Notes under the pieces: generated by a model
Seen by the model: only the letters and a program-made list of their open reading frames with translations
Told to the model about the DNA's origin: nothing
Databases searched by the model: none
Translations under genes and position numbers: made by a program
From: Camelus ferus
Taxonomy: Eukaryota
Direction: 5' to 3'
DNA length: 64,000 nt
Assembly (NCBI RefSeq): GCF_009834535.1
Contig: NC_045697.1
Span: 93,064,001 to 93,128,000 of the forward strand
Part shown: piece after piece, positions 1-12,900 of the stretch
Position numbering within the stretch: the first letter of the stretch is position 1
Layout of the letters: each line of letters starts with the position of its first letter

Positions 1-51
1 GACCTCATGCATGTGAAGCAAGCACTCTACCCCTTGAGCCATACCCTCTCC
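1..51 (-). mobile_element. tRNA-derived SINE head (camelid Vic-like), truncated by the window edge
   Basis: Reverse complement ggagagggtatggctcaaggggtagagtgcttgc; same family as 18931-19066. Confidence 0.75.
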
Positions 52-759
52 CTGAGCTGAGTGTACTCTCCCCCCATTTCTTTAGATATAATAGTTTTTA
101 CAGCCAATTTTAATGCAATAAAACAGCATTTATTCAGAAACTAGTTTTTATCAGAGTCCAGCAAGAAAAACACAATTATTAATGGCTATTTCAAACAGAA
201 ACATGAAAGCTGTTTAAAAAGTGTTGACTAGAATTTCCGTGGTGATCATTTTGCACTGTATGTAAATATCATGTATACCTGAAACTAGTATAATGTTATA
301 TACCAATTATATCTCAATAATAATAATAATAACTGTTGAAAGGAATGAATGAGCAAAAGGGAGCTAAGAGAAGTAAGGCAGGGAATAGGAGGAGTTAAGT
401 CAAATTCAGAATCTTCGGTTCTGTGGATTAGTGTGCTCTCACTGAGAGTGTTGTAACTTCCAAGCAAGTACCTTCTCCTGGGGCTGGAACGTCGTAAGAG
501 GCTTAGGAACATCAGAAACTGCTAGAGCCTTCTCATGGACCAAAGCCTCCCATCAGCATATCCCGATTCAAAGCCAGCCGGGAAATGTACTTAAAATATC
601 GCAAGCTTCAGCAGCACTATGTGAAAAAAGATGCAAGTCATTAGGCTAAAAGACACTGAAAAATAACTTATATTCAATGTCTCTGAATAGCAAAGAGCTT
701 CTTGCTTTTATGATTTTTGGAGCCTTCCTTCCAATTAAATAGCCAAAAAAAAAAATTAC

Positions 760-3409
760 CCCAAATTATTCATAGAACACATTTTGTGTTTCTGAACCTT
801 ATTATTAAAGGCTTATTCTGATTCAGAGATATGGCTTTGTTTTATGCTTTCCAGTGAAAACCGTCAGTGTCTTACACTATATATTCCATGCCCTGATAGG
901 GACAGAAAAGATAACAATTTCCATTTAAGCTCTTTCAACCTAAAACCAGGTGCCTCCTGAATTTCCCTCCTCCCATGCATGCACCAAATATATAGCTACA
1001 CGTGGATCAATTCTCTGTAAGAGAAATACAGAAAATACTTAAATCACTCCTACACACTGGGCAACTGTGACAATAACTGCCTTGGCAGAGAGAGGAAAGA
1101 CTAAGATACAAGCTTCCCATAAACCCCACCCACACAGAGAACCTTACAATTAGGAGGGAGCCCCCACCTCTTAGCTTCCCCTTCTGAAGAGTAAAAGATT
1201 TGTACCACACAAATAAGACCCCAGCTTTTGCAGCTGCCATGCAAGGGACAGACCCCCAAATCACTAGCTCTGATAGCTAGTGGGGCTCGGCATTCAGGAG
1301 CCCCACAGGATCATTAAACCAAGAAAGCAGTTCCAAACACGTGCTCAAAGGAAAAACTTCTGGCAGTGTTCTTCCCCTTAGTGCAGGAGAAGCAAGTAAA
1401 AATACCCATCTTGTAGTTTCTCCCTGGAATGCATCCGAATGCGTATTTTCCCAGCCTGAGGTTCTAGCCTGTAATCAGTCTACATCTGGGAGATGACAGA
1501 TCCTCTCAGAAGCCAGATAAAGCAGGTAGCCACATCACCTTTTGTTTCTTCCCAGCTTTCTCCAATAGTAAAATTAAGTCTCTGGCCACTGCCTGGAGAC
1601 AGCTTGTCCACAAGTCTAGCAACCCAACTGTTAAATGTCAGACATCAGAAATGTTAAAGGGAGTTCTTCAAGAGGAATGGAAAGTACGTTAATAAGTAAC
1701 CTGAAAACATATGAAAGTATAAAACATACGGGCAAAAGGAAATATACAGATAAATTAAAAAATACTCTAATTTACAATGGTAGTGGGTAAGTAAATTATA
1801 ACACTAGCATAAAGGTTAGAAGGCCAAAGTATTAAGAATAACTGTAACTACAATAATTTGTTAATGGATATACAGTGTGAAAGTATGTAGATTGTGACAT
1901 TAAAAACATAAAGTGGGGGGCTGCAAAAATGTAGTTTGTGTGCGTGTTAAAAGTTGAGTTAGTTAAGTTGTTACTAACTTAAAAAACACTGTATAACTAT
2001 GATTTATGTAAGCCTCATGGTAAGTACAAAACAAAAATCTATACGAGATACATAAAAGATAAAGAAAGGAATCAAAGCACACCACTCTAGAAAATCACCA
2101 AATCACAAAGGAAGAGATCAAGAGACAAAGAAAGAAACAAAGAAACTACAAAGCATCCAGAAAATAATTAATAAAATGTCACTAGTAAGTCCATTCCTAA
2201 TCATAGTTACGCTAACTGCAAATGGACTGAATTATCCAATCAAAAGACATGGAGTATCCAGATGGATTAAAAACAAACAAAAAACAAAAAAACAAGACCC
2301 AAATCTCTCATACTCACATGAGACTCACTGCAGTTATAAGGACACATAAGATCAAAGTAAATGGATGGAAAAAAGACATTTTGTGCTTGTGGAAACCAAA
2401 AGAAAGCAAGAGTGGCTATACTTACATGAGACAAAAAGGACTTTAAGCCAAAAATGGTAAGAGACAAAGAAGATCATTATATAATCATAAAGGGGCCAAT
2501 TAATCAAGAAAATACAGCAACTGTAAATATGTATGCACTCAATGTCAGAGGACATAAATCTATTAAACAAATACTAACAGATCTGTAAAGAGAATTCGAC
2601 AGCAATACAATTATATTAGGAAACTTCAATACCCCACTTTCAACAATGGATAGATCAAGACAGAAAATCAACAAGGAAATGTTGGACTTAAACCATACTG
2701 TAGACCAAATGGACCAATTTAAACACTGAACATTCCATCTGACAGCGACAGAATATACATTCTTTTCTAATATACACTGAACATTCTTCAGGATAGATGA
2801 TATGATAGATCACAAAACAAATCTTAGTAAATGTAAGAAGACTGACAACACAGGTATCTTTTCTGACCATAATGGTATGAAACTAGAAATCAGTAACAGG
2901 AGGAAAGCTGGAAAATTCATAAACAGGTGGAAATTAAACAACATACTCCTGAACGAAGGGTCAAAAAGGAAATCATAAAGGAAACAAAAGAATATCTTGA
3001 AACAAACAAGACTGAAAAAACAATATACCAAAATCTGTGGGATACTGCAAAAGCAATTCCAAGAGGGAAGTTTAGGGCAATAAGCACCAATATAAGGAAA
3101 AATGAAAGATTTCAATCTAACTTTACACCTCAAGAAACTAGAAAAAGAACAAACTAAGCCCAAAGTCAGCAAAAGGAAGGAAATAACAAAGAGCAGAAAT
3201 AAATAATGTAGACAGCAGAAAAACAATAGGAAAAAATCAGTGTAACTAAAAGTTGGTTTTTTTTTTTTAAGATGAACAAAATTGATACTTTCCTGTTTTA
3301 AATAAGTGACTGTAAACAACAAAGTAGGCATATTTTCTTTATTTCAAAGCATACTCAATGTTGACTGCTAGTAAAGTCACAGTGCCTCACAACTGTGCAT
3401 TGGTATCTC
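760..3409 (-). pseudogene. FN3-like pseudo-exon split by an L1 fragment (halves 3409-3288 and 936-760)
   Basis: Acceptor ctctctgtag|3409. First half reads VTLLAVNIEYA and, in another frame, ENMPTLLFTVTYLKQE. Second half reads MEIVIFS / GMEYIV / TLTVFTGKHKTKPYL, resembling the FN3 'GL.PG.EY.V.L.A' region. Donor ggg|gtaatt at 760. Confidence 0.45.
937..3287 (+). mobile_element. L1 fragment: 5'UTR, internal deletion, inter-ORF region, ORF2 endonuclease region; no 3' end
   Basis: ORF 2927-3157 contains KEYLETNKTEKTIYQNLWDTAKAIPRGKF, an L1 ORF2 motif. The endonuclease GNFNTPL motif lies near 2620. Confidence 0.93.
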
Positions 3410-3809
3410 CTACAGAGAGCCTTTTCTTATTTTATGCTACTGGGTTACTAATTTTTAAAAAATATTTACTGCATTTGCATTCCTATAGTGCCTTTCAGCC
3501 AAAAAATTAAAATTCTCTAGTGTTAAATAGATTCATTATTTCATTTATAACATGATATTAAATTTAGAACACTAATAAGAAATAGCAAATCATTAGAAGG
3601 AAACTGTGTTGATTATAGATTACATTATAAAATTTGGAAACTTTAAATAAAATAGATTAAAATATTTGGTAACATTAATGAACAACAGTAAAATATTAAA
3701 TTAACAACAATAAAATAAACCTACAAAAATTAGACCTGCAAATTAGGAAAATTAAATGAAATTCATTCTGAACCAAACTTCATTTGAAAACAACAAAAAT
3801 CATCAACAA

Positions 3810-4297
3810 AAGTTAAACAAAATATATTGTAACCAATTCTTGAATTTCTAGAAGCTAATATTTCTCAGGTCCTCAGGAAATGTATTAATGGGAAATATTC
3901 ATGGCTTCCAGAATCTCAAGATGACTGCTTCTAGTATAGGAACAATATGATGTGATATAGGCTAATCTTTAGGAGTAAAATTAAATAACGCATCATGTAA
4001 GCTTTTAAAAGTCTCTCATTATGTTTATATAATTCTCTCCAATTAAATAATTCCCTAATATCCCAAATTCCATGCCATGGTGTAAGGACACATTATCCGC
4101 TTGAATTTGGGTTATCTTTGCATTCACAAATATAGTAAACTATTTTATCGTCTTCTGGTGGGTGCCTTTAACCACCCATGGGTTCTAAAATAGTTCCAGA
4201 TTGATGCACACTATTTTTACATATTTTAATTCTCTTGGTTATCCTTAAATTAACATCATCAGCAGCTGAGATTAATTCAAAATTCTGTAAACATTAT
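3810..4297 (-). pseudogene. Pseudo-exon: C-terminal half of one SEA-like unit plus N-terminal half of the next
   Basis: Strong acceptor ttttatctttattttgtag|4297. Reads FTIFVNAKITQIQADNVSLHHGMEFGILGNYLIGENYINIMRD (SEA C-terminal G.Y.I..N.I.I), then MNISH / NTFPEDLRNISF / LEIQELV (SEA N-terminal 'F.EDL.N..S.EF..L'). 3' end approximate. Confidence 0.5.
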
Positions 4298-4591
4298 CTA
4301 CAAAATAAAGATAAAAGTCAAACAAACATAAATGGAAAGCATTCCCTCTAAAATTAAATACAAATAGGAAACATTTCAAGATACTAGAAACATTTAACAG
4401 TTATAATCACAGGGAAAAGAGAAAAGAGAAATACTGGTCAAATAGGAAAAATTTAGCAACATACACTTATGAACTCGGTGTATTTCCTAAATGCTTTATT
4501 AATATTCTTTAAAACTCTCAACATTTAAAATTTAGAGGACAGTTGGTAATGTAAATACTATTTAAATATCTTAACTTTTATTATATTCTAG

Positions 4592-4903
4592 AGCAGTGTT
4601 GTTTACTAGAAATACAGGGTGAGCCATATATGCAACATTAACTTTTCTTGTGGCCATACTGACAAACATAAACAGAGCAAAATTTATTTTAACAATATAC
4701 TTAGCCCAATTATATCCTGGAAATTATCTCTCTATCCAGTCAATATGAAATTATTAATGAGATGTTTTACTATTTTTCCAGTATGTACTCAAAATCTGGT
4801 ATTCATACTGTTTCATACTGAATAGCACATCTCAGTTTGGGCTAGCCACACTACCAATGCTCAGCGGACACATGTAGCAAGTGGCCATCCCACTGGATAG
4901 TTC
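4592..4903. mobile_element. hAT-Charlie MITE (MER33/MER3-like)
   Basis: Contains gcacatctcagtttgggctagccaca...gtggccatcccactggatag and is flanked by ctag. Confidence 0.7.
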
Positions 4904-5614
4904 TAGGACCACTTGATATGCTCTCATTAATTTTTCTGAACATATTTTATTATAAAGGACATACCTAACTTTGGATTATTGTGGCAGCAACATAGCAACA
5001 AAATATTGTTGCTTATAAATATATTTTCAAATGGTGATGGATGTTAACTAGACTTATTGTGGTGTTCATTTCATGATATATACAAATTTTGGATCACTAT
5101 TATGTATACCTGGAAACTAATATAATGTTATGTCAAGTATACCTCAATAAAAAAGATATTTTCTCATCTGTATACCATAAAAATTCTTTTTCAGCTTACT
5201 TTTATAAATGGTATTGCAAGATGATAGCTGTTTAGAATTGTGAAACTGCAAGCTACTGATATAGATCAGTTATAAAATTCTTAAAAGCATAATTAGCTTT
5301 CTAATTGCAGAGCCCACTGACAAGACATTTTTTAAAGTACCCCATTTTTAGCTCCTGTTCTCAGTTCTCACTGCAATAGTCCCTCGTATGTTGATAAAAA
5401 CATATATGCATGCTTATAGCCATATATACTTTAAACTGCTGGAAATAGATAATTTTCATCCTTTTCACTCATTCTTCTTTTCCTCTGGTCATCAAAGAAC
5501 AACTGCCTTTCCTTCTGATCATTTCTAATTCCTCCCTTAATCTCTAAGTCAAGTCAGAGCATTTCCCATCTCCATAATATCTCATGAATTTTCAAACCTC
5601 TTCTATCAAATGTA

Positions 5615-5912
5615 GTTTTTTTAAACTTTATTGAGGAATAATTGACAAATATAACTATATATATTTAAAGTATACAATGTGGTGATTTGGTATGTGTATG
5701 AATTGTAGAATGATTTCCGACATCATGATAATTAACACATCTATCACCTCATGTACTTAACTCTTTGTGTGAGTGCGTGTGTGGTGAAAATACTTTCGAT
5801 CTACTCTCAGCAACTCCATCATATTATTAACTACAGTCACCATGTTGTACATTAGAGCCTCAGAACTTATTCTCTTATAACTGAAAATTTGTACCCTTTC
5901 AATAAACATCCC
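5615..5912 (-). mobile_element. L1 3' end
   Basis: Poly-T followed by tttattgaggaataattgacaaat..., the antisense L1 3'UTR. Confidence 0.85.
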
Positions 5913-5916
5913 CAAG

Positions 5917-6548
5917 TGAGACAGGAGGGAAGGGGACAAGGCACAGCCACTTAAGGAATGACAGCAACCAAAATGGTGGAAGATTCACCTCCTAGTTGGC
6001 CTTGAGGGTTAAGAGGATTGACTTCTAATAGACCTTGAGCTTCATTATATGCTCATTGTAACAGCATGATCAAATAGCATGCCCGCAGGCGCCATGACAG
6101 CCCCAAGGCTAACCGCAAAAGGCCAAAGAATGGGCGGTGGCCCAGTCCCTGGGAATCCCAGCCCCTTCTCCAGGGCAGCTGGATTGATCCCACCTGTAGG
6201 CCTGTAAAGCTACTGAGACCATAAAAAGTAACAACAACAGGACTAGTGGCCCTTTGCACTCTCTCTTCCCTTTGGAGATGGCCCGCACTCTGTCTACGGA
6301 GTGTGTACCTACTTTCACTTTAACCTGAGCACCCAATTCTCACGCCTCTTTCCTTGCCTTTCTCTTGCCTTATACTCTATGCAGTGTGTATCTCTCTAAA
6401 TAAGTCTACCTTAACTCAACGGTGGCTCACACTTGAATTCTTTCCTGCACAAAGCTAAGGACCCACACTTGGCAGGGCACGTCCCAGGGGCTCAGTTGAG
6501 ACCTGGGACACAGCCCTCCTCATGCCCCACATCCGTTTTCCTGCATCA
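5917..6548 (+). mobile_element. ERV1-class solo LTR
   Basis: TG...CA termini with a perfect 4-bp TSD CAAG (5913-5916 and 6549-6552); GC-rich and CpG-retaining. Confidence 0.9.
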
Positions 6549-7039
6549 CAAGTACATCTTGGATCGTACAACTTTAAGACAAGCCTTAGTCACCTTTCAC
6601 TTGAGCTATTACCCTTTTTTTTCTAATCAAATTTTGCCACCTTCTCCTTGTCACAATTTCCACTGCTACCAGATCAGTCTTTCTAAAATGCAGTTCTAAT
6701 AATGTCAGCCTCTTGGTTAAATACAATTATTTCGGGTTCACTCTACAAAAATTAATAAAGACCTTTATGTGTCACTGGAAGCCCTTTATATTATGAGTCT
6801 TGTATACACCTTGAACTTAGGCACTCATCTTGTCTCGTGTCCACGACCAGAGATTCCATCCACTCTGAGCTACATCTTATTAATTCTTATACCTCCACGC
6901 TTTGCACATATTGTTTTCCCTGCTCACAATCCCTTTCTAAATCTTGATTTCATGTAATGCCTTTAATAATCTCACCCTGGGTTTTTTGTTTGTATTTTTT
7001 AGGTGTTGTTTTTCGTTGTTGTTGTTACTACTTTTATTA

Positions 7040-7430
7040 TCCTGACAGATGATAATGGACAGCCACAATTCAACAAATAAGTAATCTCATTGCAACTACT
7101 GTGCAATTTATGGCATCTTTGCTAGAGCAGATTAGCATGGCTTCACATACACCATCTGTGGCCATCTGAGCAGACTAATGCACTGTGTTCCACTGCTATC
7201 AGGAGAAGGTTAAGAAGCAGCCTAGGTTCTCATGGGACGTACAACAGTATGCATTCACGGTCCTGCCGCAGGGCTATGTTACCTTTTTTGTCCTCTAGCC
7301 TTTCTTCAGATCATCACATTTTCTACTATCTAAATTACCACATGTTGATAGGACCAGATGAGCAAAAAGTTGAAAGCACACTAGAAGCCGTAAAACATAC
7401 ATGCATTTCAGAAGGTAGGAGATAAACCCT
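7040..7430 (+). mobile_element. ERV-L pol (reverse transcriptase) fragment
   Basis: SLLEQISMAS, FSWDVQQYAFTVLPQGY and MLIGPDEQKVESTLE match ERV-L RT. Confidence 0.88.
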
Positions 7431-7515
7431 AGTACATTTTCTGCATCGAATCTACATCTTAAAGGCTGTTTCAAATAAGTTAAGTGAAGGCAGAGACAAA
7501 AGCAGTAGTGCTTAC

Positions 7516-7544
7516 CTGATAGCCCTCAAGCTTGTTATACTGAG
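7516..7544 (-). pseudogene. 29-nt micro-exon candidate (xQYNKLEGYQ)
   Basis: ttattttcag|CTCAGTATAACAAGCTTGAGGGCTATCAG|gtaagc, with near-consensus acceptor and donor. Confidence 0.4.
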
Positions 7545-7599
7545 CTGAAAATAATATGTCACACTTTTATTCACAGGAAATTAAACAGTAAATGTCTAT

Positions 7600-7863
7600 A
7601 CTTTAGATATTCATCAGAATATACAATGATACAGAAAAGGAATAGTACTAGATTGTCTACTATATAATGCACTTCGATAGGAGTAGAGCAAGTGTACGTT
7701 TGAAATGACAGGAGTTATTAAATGAGTAGGTGCTCTTGATTTGAGATCCTACAACTTAAAAATGATTACTTAACTGAAAAGAGATCTTAAGAGAGAAAAA
7801 TCTCCAGTAGATTCCTTGAATGGCTCATTGCACAAGCTTTTAGGATCATAGAAAAAATAATAC
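7600..7863 (-). pseudogene. SEA-like pseudo-exon
   Basis: Acceptor ttcttatgttttcctaag|7863 closes a 90-nt GT-AG intron. Phase-1 frame reads GIIFSMILKACAMSHSRNLLEIFLS*DLFSVK*SFLS. 3' end approximate. Confidence 0.4.
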
Positions 7864-7953
7864 CTTAGGAAAACATAAGAACTGTCAGAAAATCAAATTT
7901 TAATTCTAAGAAGCACAATTTTTAATTCAGGAGTCTGTTAACTTAATCCCCAC

Positions 7954-8544
7954 CTGTGTATGGCTTTTACTGTCTCAAGTTGCGTTTACAAACGTATTTT
8001 TCTTCTGAAGTTCTACCTCGTGATGGGTTTTTCAGAGACTTCAGGATCTCCTCAGGTTTTTTATAATAGAAGGTCATGTGGTCCATTAACGGGAGTGTTT
8101 CTAAATGAGAGGAAGTGTGTGAAGATGTCATCTGGTTGCCTGCAGACTGTCTCTACCTTGCCTGCATGAGATTACTTGTTCAAATGGGCTCTCATTCTGA
8201 CTTCTGGCTTCTATGACTGTAGCGTAGTTATCTTCAAATCTTTTAGCTGTCACTAATATTTCATAGCAAGGTTCTATATTTTGAATCCTAACCTGCTGAT
8301 GTGGACTGATTTCTTGGATCTATTCTCTTTAACACACTTACGCAGATTAAGTATTCTGGTACCCAAATCAGTCTTTATCTTGCTGTATTCATTTGTTCAG
8401 TCACATTTTTGAAGCTCATCTTCTGAAGTGAGAGTCACATATTACAGGCTCTATCTACTTTTCTTATCGAATTATACTACAACCCAAATCTACATATTTT
8501 TGCAGAATTTATCTTCCAGAAATTAAGTAGTTTGCCACTGAAGG
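7954..8544 (-). pseudogene. 591-nt pseudo-exon (possible SEA C-half plus low-complexity spacer)
   Basis: ttttcttctcttacag|8544 to 7954 cag|gtgggg. Long stop-free stretches for such AT-rich DNA: IQEISPHQQVRIQNIEPCYEILVTAKRFEDNYATVIEARSQNESPFEQVISCRQGRDSLQATR and MTSSHTSSHLETLPLMDHMTFYYKKPEEILKSLKNPSRGRTSEEK. Confidence 0.42.
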
Positions 8545-9059
8545 CTGTAAGAGAAGAAAACTGACTAAAGGTATCTAAAATCGATGTAGTTCCATTTTAA
8601 AGTAGAAGCTCCACTTCTACAGAAGTGAAAAGACAAAAATCCTCATTTTTATTACTTTATATACAGTGAATGTGTTGTAATGATACTAGCAAGACTTAAT
8701 TCAATGACCTAATCAACAAAGACACATAATTTTTGTTAACAAGAGATGAATCTGTGCCATTAATGAGCCTAATGAGGAAACCATATTTGGTTATAATGTC
8801 TTACACTTATACTTGCAGGTGAAATAGAAAAAAAAACCCACAAAAACAGAACAATGTAGTTCTGTATGTGCTAACAAATCATCCATTTTCTTTCTCTTGA
8901 GTATTTTATTTCATCCTTTAGAAACTAGCGTCTTTTCAGCTATTTTTTTAAATCTTGAGATACACAAAACTTAATCTCCTAGGCAATCCTAATTCTGATG
9001 ACATATGAACAAATGTTTCAACATGTTAATTTAGAAAAATTGTGCAGTTTTTAAAAATC

Positions 9060-9620
9060 AATATTTAAAGAGCATGCAGGTAGAATCTTGAAATATTTTC
9101 AGACTTAAAATCTTTCTCATAAATTGGCGATTTATGTCAAGAAATCGTCACATTGTGACCATTATGTTAGTTCTATCTGCTTTAATTGATCGTGAGATTT
9201 GACTTAGAGTGTTGATCTTTCTGTATTGTTTTATTTTAATTCTGGTTATTTAAGCCACTGAAAATAACATTTATTTTTCGAATTGGTTAATACATGTTAT
9301 ATCATGATATTCTTAAGAATACATTTCAAAGATTTTCTCCTATGGAAGAGAATTACCATGAGGTTCAGCGAGACAGACCGAAATATATAGACAACCTCAT
9401 GGTAAAATAATCTGAATTTATCATTGATAACCACTGACTAATTCTACACATTTAGATGTTGGCCATTGAAATATTGAAATCCTACAGTCTCCTTAAAAAT
9501 GGAAGAATTTGACCTGTGAACAGTTTCATTGATTGTATATCATTCTTGCAGAAGTTCCACTTTCAATTTTCTTCATATACAAAAGTTGAAATTTTAAAGT
9601 AAGATCTATTTATTTCCAGA
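9060..9620 (-). pseudogene. Two SEA-like pseudo-exons separated by a 99-nt intron (9356-9258)
   Basis: First exon reads SYFKISTFVYEEN / QSMKLFTGQILPFLRRL / GFQYFNGQHLNV*N*SVVINDKFRLF, ending atg|gtaatt. Second starts tgttattttcag|9257 and includes IYEKDFKSENISRFYLHAL. Outer ends approximate. Confidence 0.5.
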
Positions 9621-9939
9621 TTTAAAAAGAAAAATGTAAGTTTCCTCCCAAAATGTCTTTTGGATAGTAATCTAGTCTTGATGCTGTGTTCTCCAAAAAA
9701 AACTATTTTCCTAATACTAAATATATTTATATAAGTTCAGCATCTATAATTTTAAATCATTAGGTATCTGATGCACATGGCTCTATATAGTTGGTTATCT
9801 ATGGTTCTAGGATTAACTCCTACCTATTTATCCAGTTATTGTAATTTTATGCAGGTCAAATGGTGATACATTCTCTAAACTTTATTTGCCTAAAATTGTA
9901 GCTTTTTTCACTTTATTTTTATTAGGAGGAAGGCTGTTT

Positions 9940-12900
9940 GTTTTTAATCAATTTTATTAAGGTATAATTTATGTACAATAAAATTCAAACATTTTAAGTA
10001 TTCATTAGTTTTGCAAAATGTCTATACCCATGTAACTACTAACATAGCATACAATGTAGTTCTATAATATATATCCATAGAATTTATTAACATAATGTTA
10101 ATTACATATATTTATGGGTATTTTTGAGTCAGAACCTACATATTGTGTTTAACCTTCACTACAATCAAAATGCAGGGCAGTTTTTACACTCCCCAAAATT
10201 TCATCATGCTGTTCCTTTGTAGTAAAATCACTCACCCACCAGTAAGCTATTCGTTCTCTGTTGTTGTAGTTTTGCCTTTTCCAAAATGTCATATAAATGA
10301 AATTGTAGCGTATGTAACCTTTTGACATTGGTTTCTTTCATTCAGCATAGCATCTTTGAATGGTTATCTAGGTTGTTGTGTGTCTCAATATCCATTCCTT
10401 TATAGTGTTGATTAGAATTCCATTGTGTGGATGCACTACAATTTGTTTATCCACTCACTGACTTATTGAAGAACATTAACTTGTGTTGTTTCCAATACTG
10501 GGTGATAATTAACACACTTGCTACAAATATTTTAGTGTAAGATCTTTTCTCTGAATGTAACTTTTCATTTCTCTATGGTAAATAACTGGAAGAAGAATTG
10601 ATGGATCATATTGTAAGTGTACACTTCACTTTGTAAAAAAAAATGCCTAACTGTTCTCCAGAATTGCTATTAACATTTTGCATTTCCATAAACAATGTAT
10701 GAGGGTTTCAGTTGCTTTATATCCGTACTATTTCTTGTTATTGTCACTGCTGGGACCCCCATAATGTGACTGTTACTATGCTTTATGTTGTCCCAGAAGT
10801 TCTTTAAACTCTCCTCATTATTTTCCCCTTTTGCCGTTGTGATTGGGTGACTTTCACGATTTCACTATTCGTTTTTCAGGATGCTTATGCGTTCTTCTGT
10901 ATCTGCTAACCTGCTGTTCATTTCAAAAGAGTACGAAACTAACAAAATGGCTTCCCTAACGCTAAAGCTGTTTGCTGATCATTCTGACTTAGAATTCTTG
11001 CAACTTGTTTTTCTCTTTCCTCTGACAAAACCCCATCTCTGCTTCATTTTCTCAACTGCTTTTGTACTAAACAGCTCCCAATCTTTCCATTACACTTTCC
11101 ACTCCCTGTACATTCTTTACCTAGAGTAGCTTATCCTTTAACCCAGAAGCTATGCTCCAGGAAGGTGGTCATGGGCTGATAGCTTAGAAAAATGAACAGA
11201 CCCTCCCAAGTTTCTCTGTGACAGCAGGTGGATTCATCAAGATTAAGAAGAATACAGCACCCTGCAAAATGCTCCAATTGTTATTGCCTTTCTGTTCTAT
11301 CCAGTTTTTCTATAAAACCTCAGGACCTCAACCCCAAGATGGATTCACAGTCTCTGAGGCATTAGTCTGCTGTGACTCCCCTTTGTCTGGCAAAGCAATA
11401 AAACTGTTCTTTTCTGGTTCTCCCAAAACTCTACCTACAAGTCTCAATTTAGCTACTGGGGTACAGAGGCCGGCTTTTTGGCAACAGTTTCTTTAGTGTA
11501 TTTTTCATTTCAGTGTTTTGTATAGTTCAGCTCTGACTGATTCCTCTTTACATTTTCTAGTTCTTTGCTGAAGTTTTCACTGGGTTCCTCCTCTGTTCTT
11601 TTCCTGAGTTCAGTGAGCATTTTTATGAATTTTGCTTTAAATTCTTTATCAGGTCAATTATTTATCTCCATTTCATTAGTTTTTTCTGTCTTTTTTTTTT
11701 TTCCTGGAGTTTTATTTGTTCTTTCATTTGGTATAAGTTCATCTGTAGTCTCATTTGGTTTGATTTTCTCTGTTTGTTTCTATGAAATTAGGCAAAATAG
11801 TTACTTGTCCCAGTCTTGAAGGCATCATCTAGTGTGGGAGAGTCTCTATATAGTCTATACGTGCCCAAAAGCTTTGGTGGGATCTCTGAATCTGAAGCAA
11901 GCATAGGCTGCATCTTCTCCCTTGCTGTATTGGTGATGGTCATTTTGCTGGGTGTTAGAACCAGAGCCACCGGGGCTAGAACTGGAGCCCGGTGTGAGCC
12001 AGGCTTTCTCCCCCAGTGCAGTGGAGGTTACCACCTTGGAGGAGGATGGGATGGGAACCAGAGGGGATGGCGCTAAGCCCAGCATGAGCCACTGCTCTCT
12101 CACCGAGCGATGATCATCATCATCACCATGACTGGAGACAGGGCTGGAGAAAGAGGGGCTGAAGCCAGAACCCAATGTGGGCAGTCCAGATAGGCTGGGG
12201 CAGGGCACCAAGCTGTTTTCAGTCTGTTGCCTTTGCCCTGGGACTAGGAGCAAGCAAGTCTGTGCATGCATTCTTCAAGAGTGAAGTCTAGGTTTCCTAC
12301 AGCCCCACTGGTTTTCAAACTGTCCAAATGTAATATCTAGAGCACCTATAGACTTGTCATTGGTTCTTTTTCTCTTAATTGTATAGCACCTGGTCTTCAC
12401 TTACTATGTACCTGATAATTCAGATTTACATAAAAAATTGTAAAGGTTCCATATATTCAAAATAAGAGGATTCACTCTTTCTTCTACTATGTAGTGCTAT
12501 GGGGTACTGATTACCTCAATCCAGTGACAGACTGAGCTGGGTTGAGGCTGCCTTAATTTTTGTAAGATTCAGTCCACCTCTGATTTGCCCTGTTTCTAGG
12601 GCATGGCTCACAATAACTTTCTGTAAAAAATAAGAAGGGCTTTCTTGATACTTTCTTCACAAGTGTCTGTTTTTTTATGCATTCATATATCATGGAAAAT
12701 TCACCTATGATTTCCAGAGAGGTGCTAAATTTGGCTTAGTCTTTTAGCTCTACTCACCCATGAATCTTTAGAATTTGGAAACGTCTGGAGAGATAATAAT
12801 TTGTATTAGAAACCTTGAGTCTTTTATTTTACCACACAAGAGTCACGTGACTACCAAAACTTTTTCTAACTCCCCTGAAAACCAGTAGTGGCTCTCTGAA

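Noticed and set aside
2810..3331. 173-aa hydrophobic minus-strand ORF
   Set aside because: Mostly antisense of A-rich L1 ORF2; only the first 14 or so codons are non-L1
11788..12271. Overlapping GC-rich ORFs
   Set aside because: Lie in an L1 5'UTR-like segment
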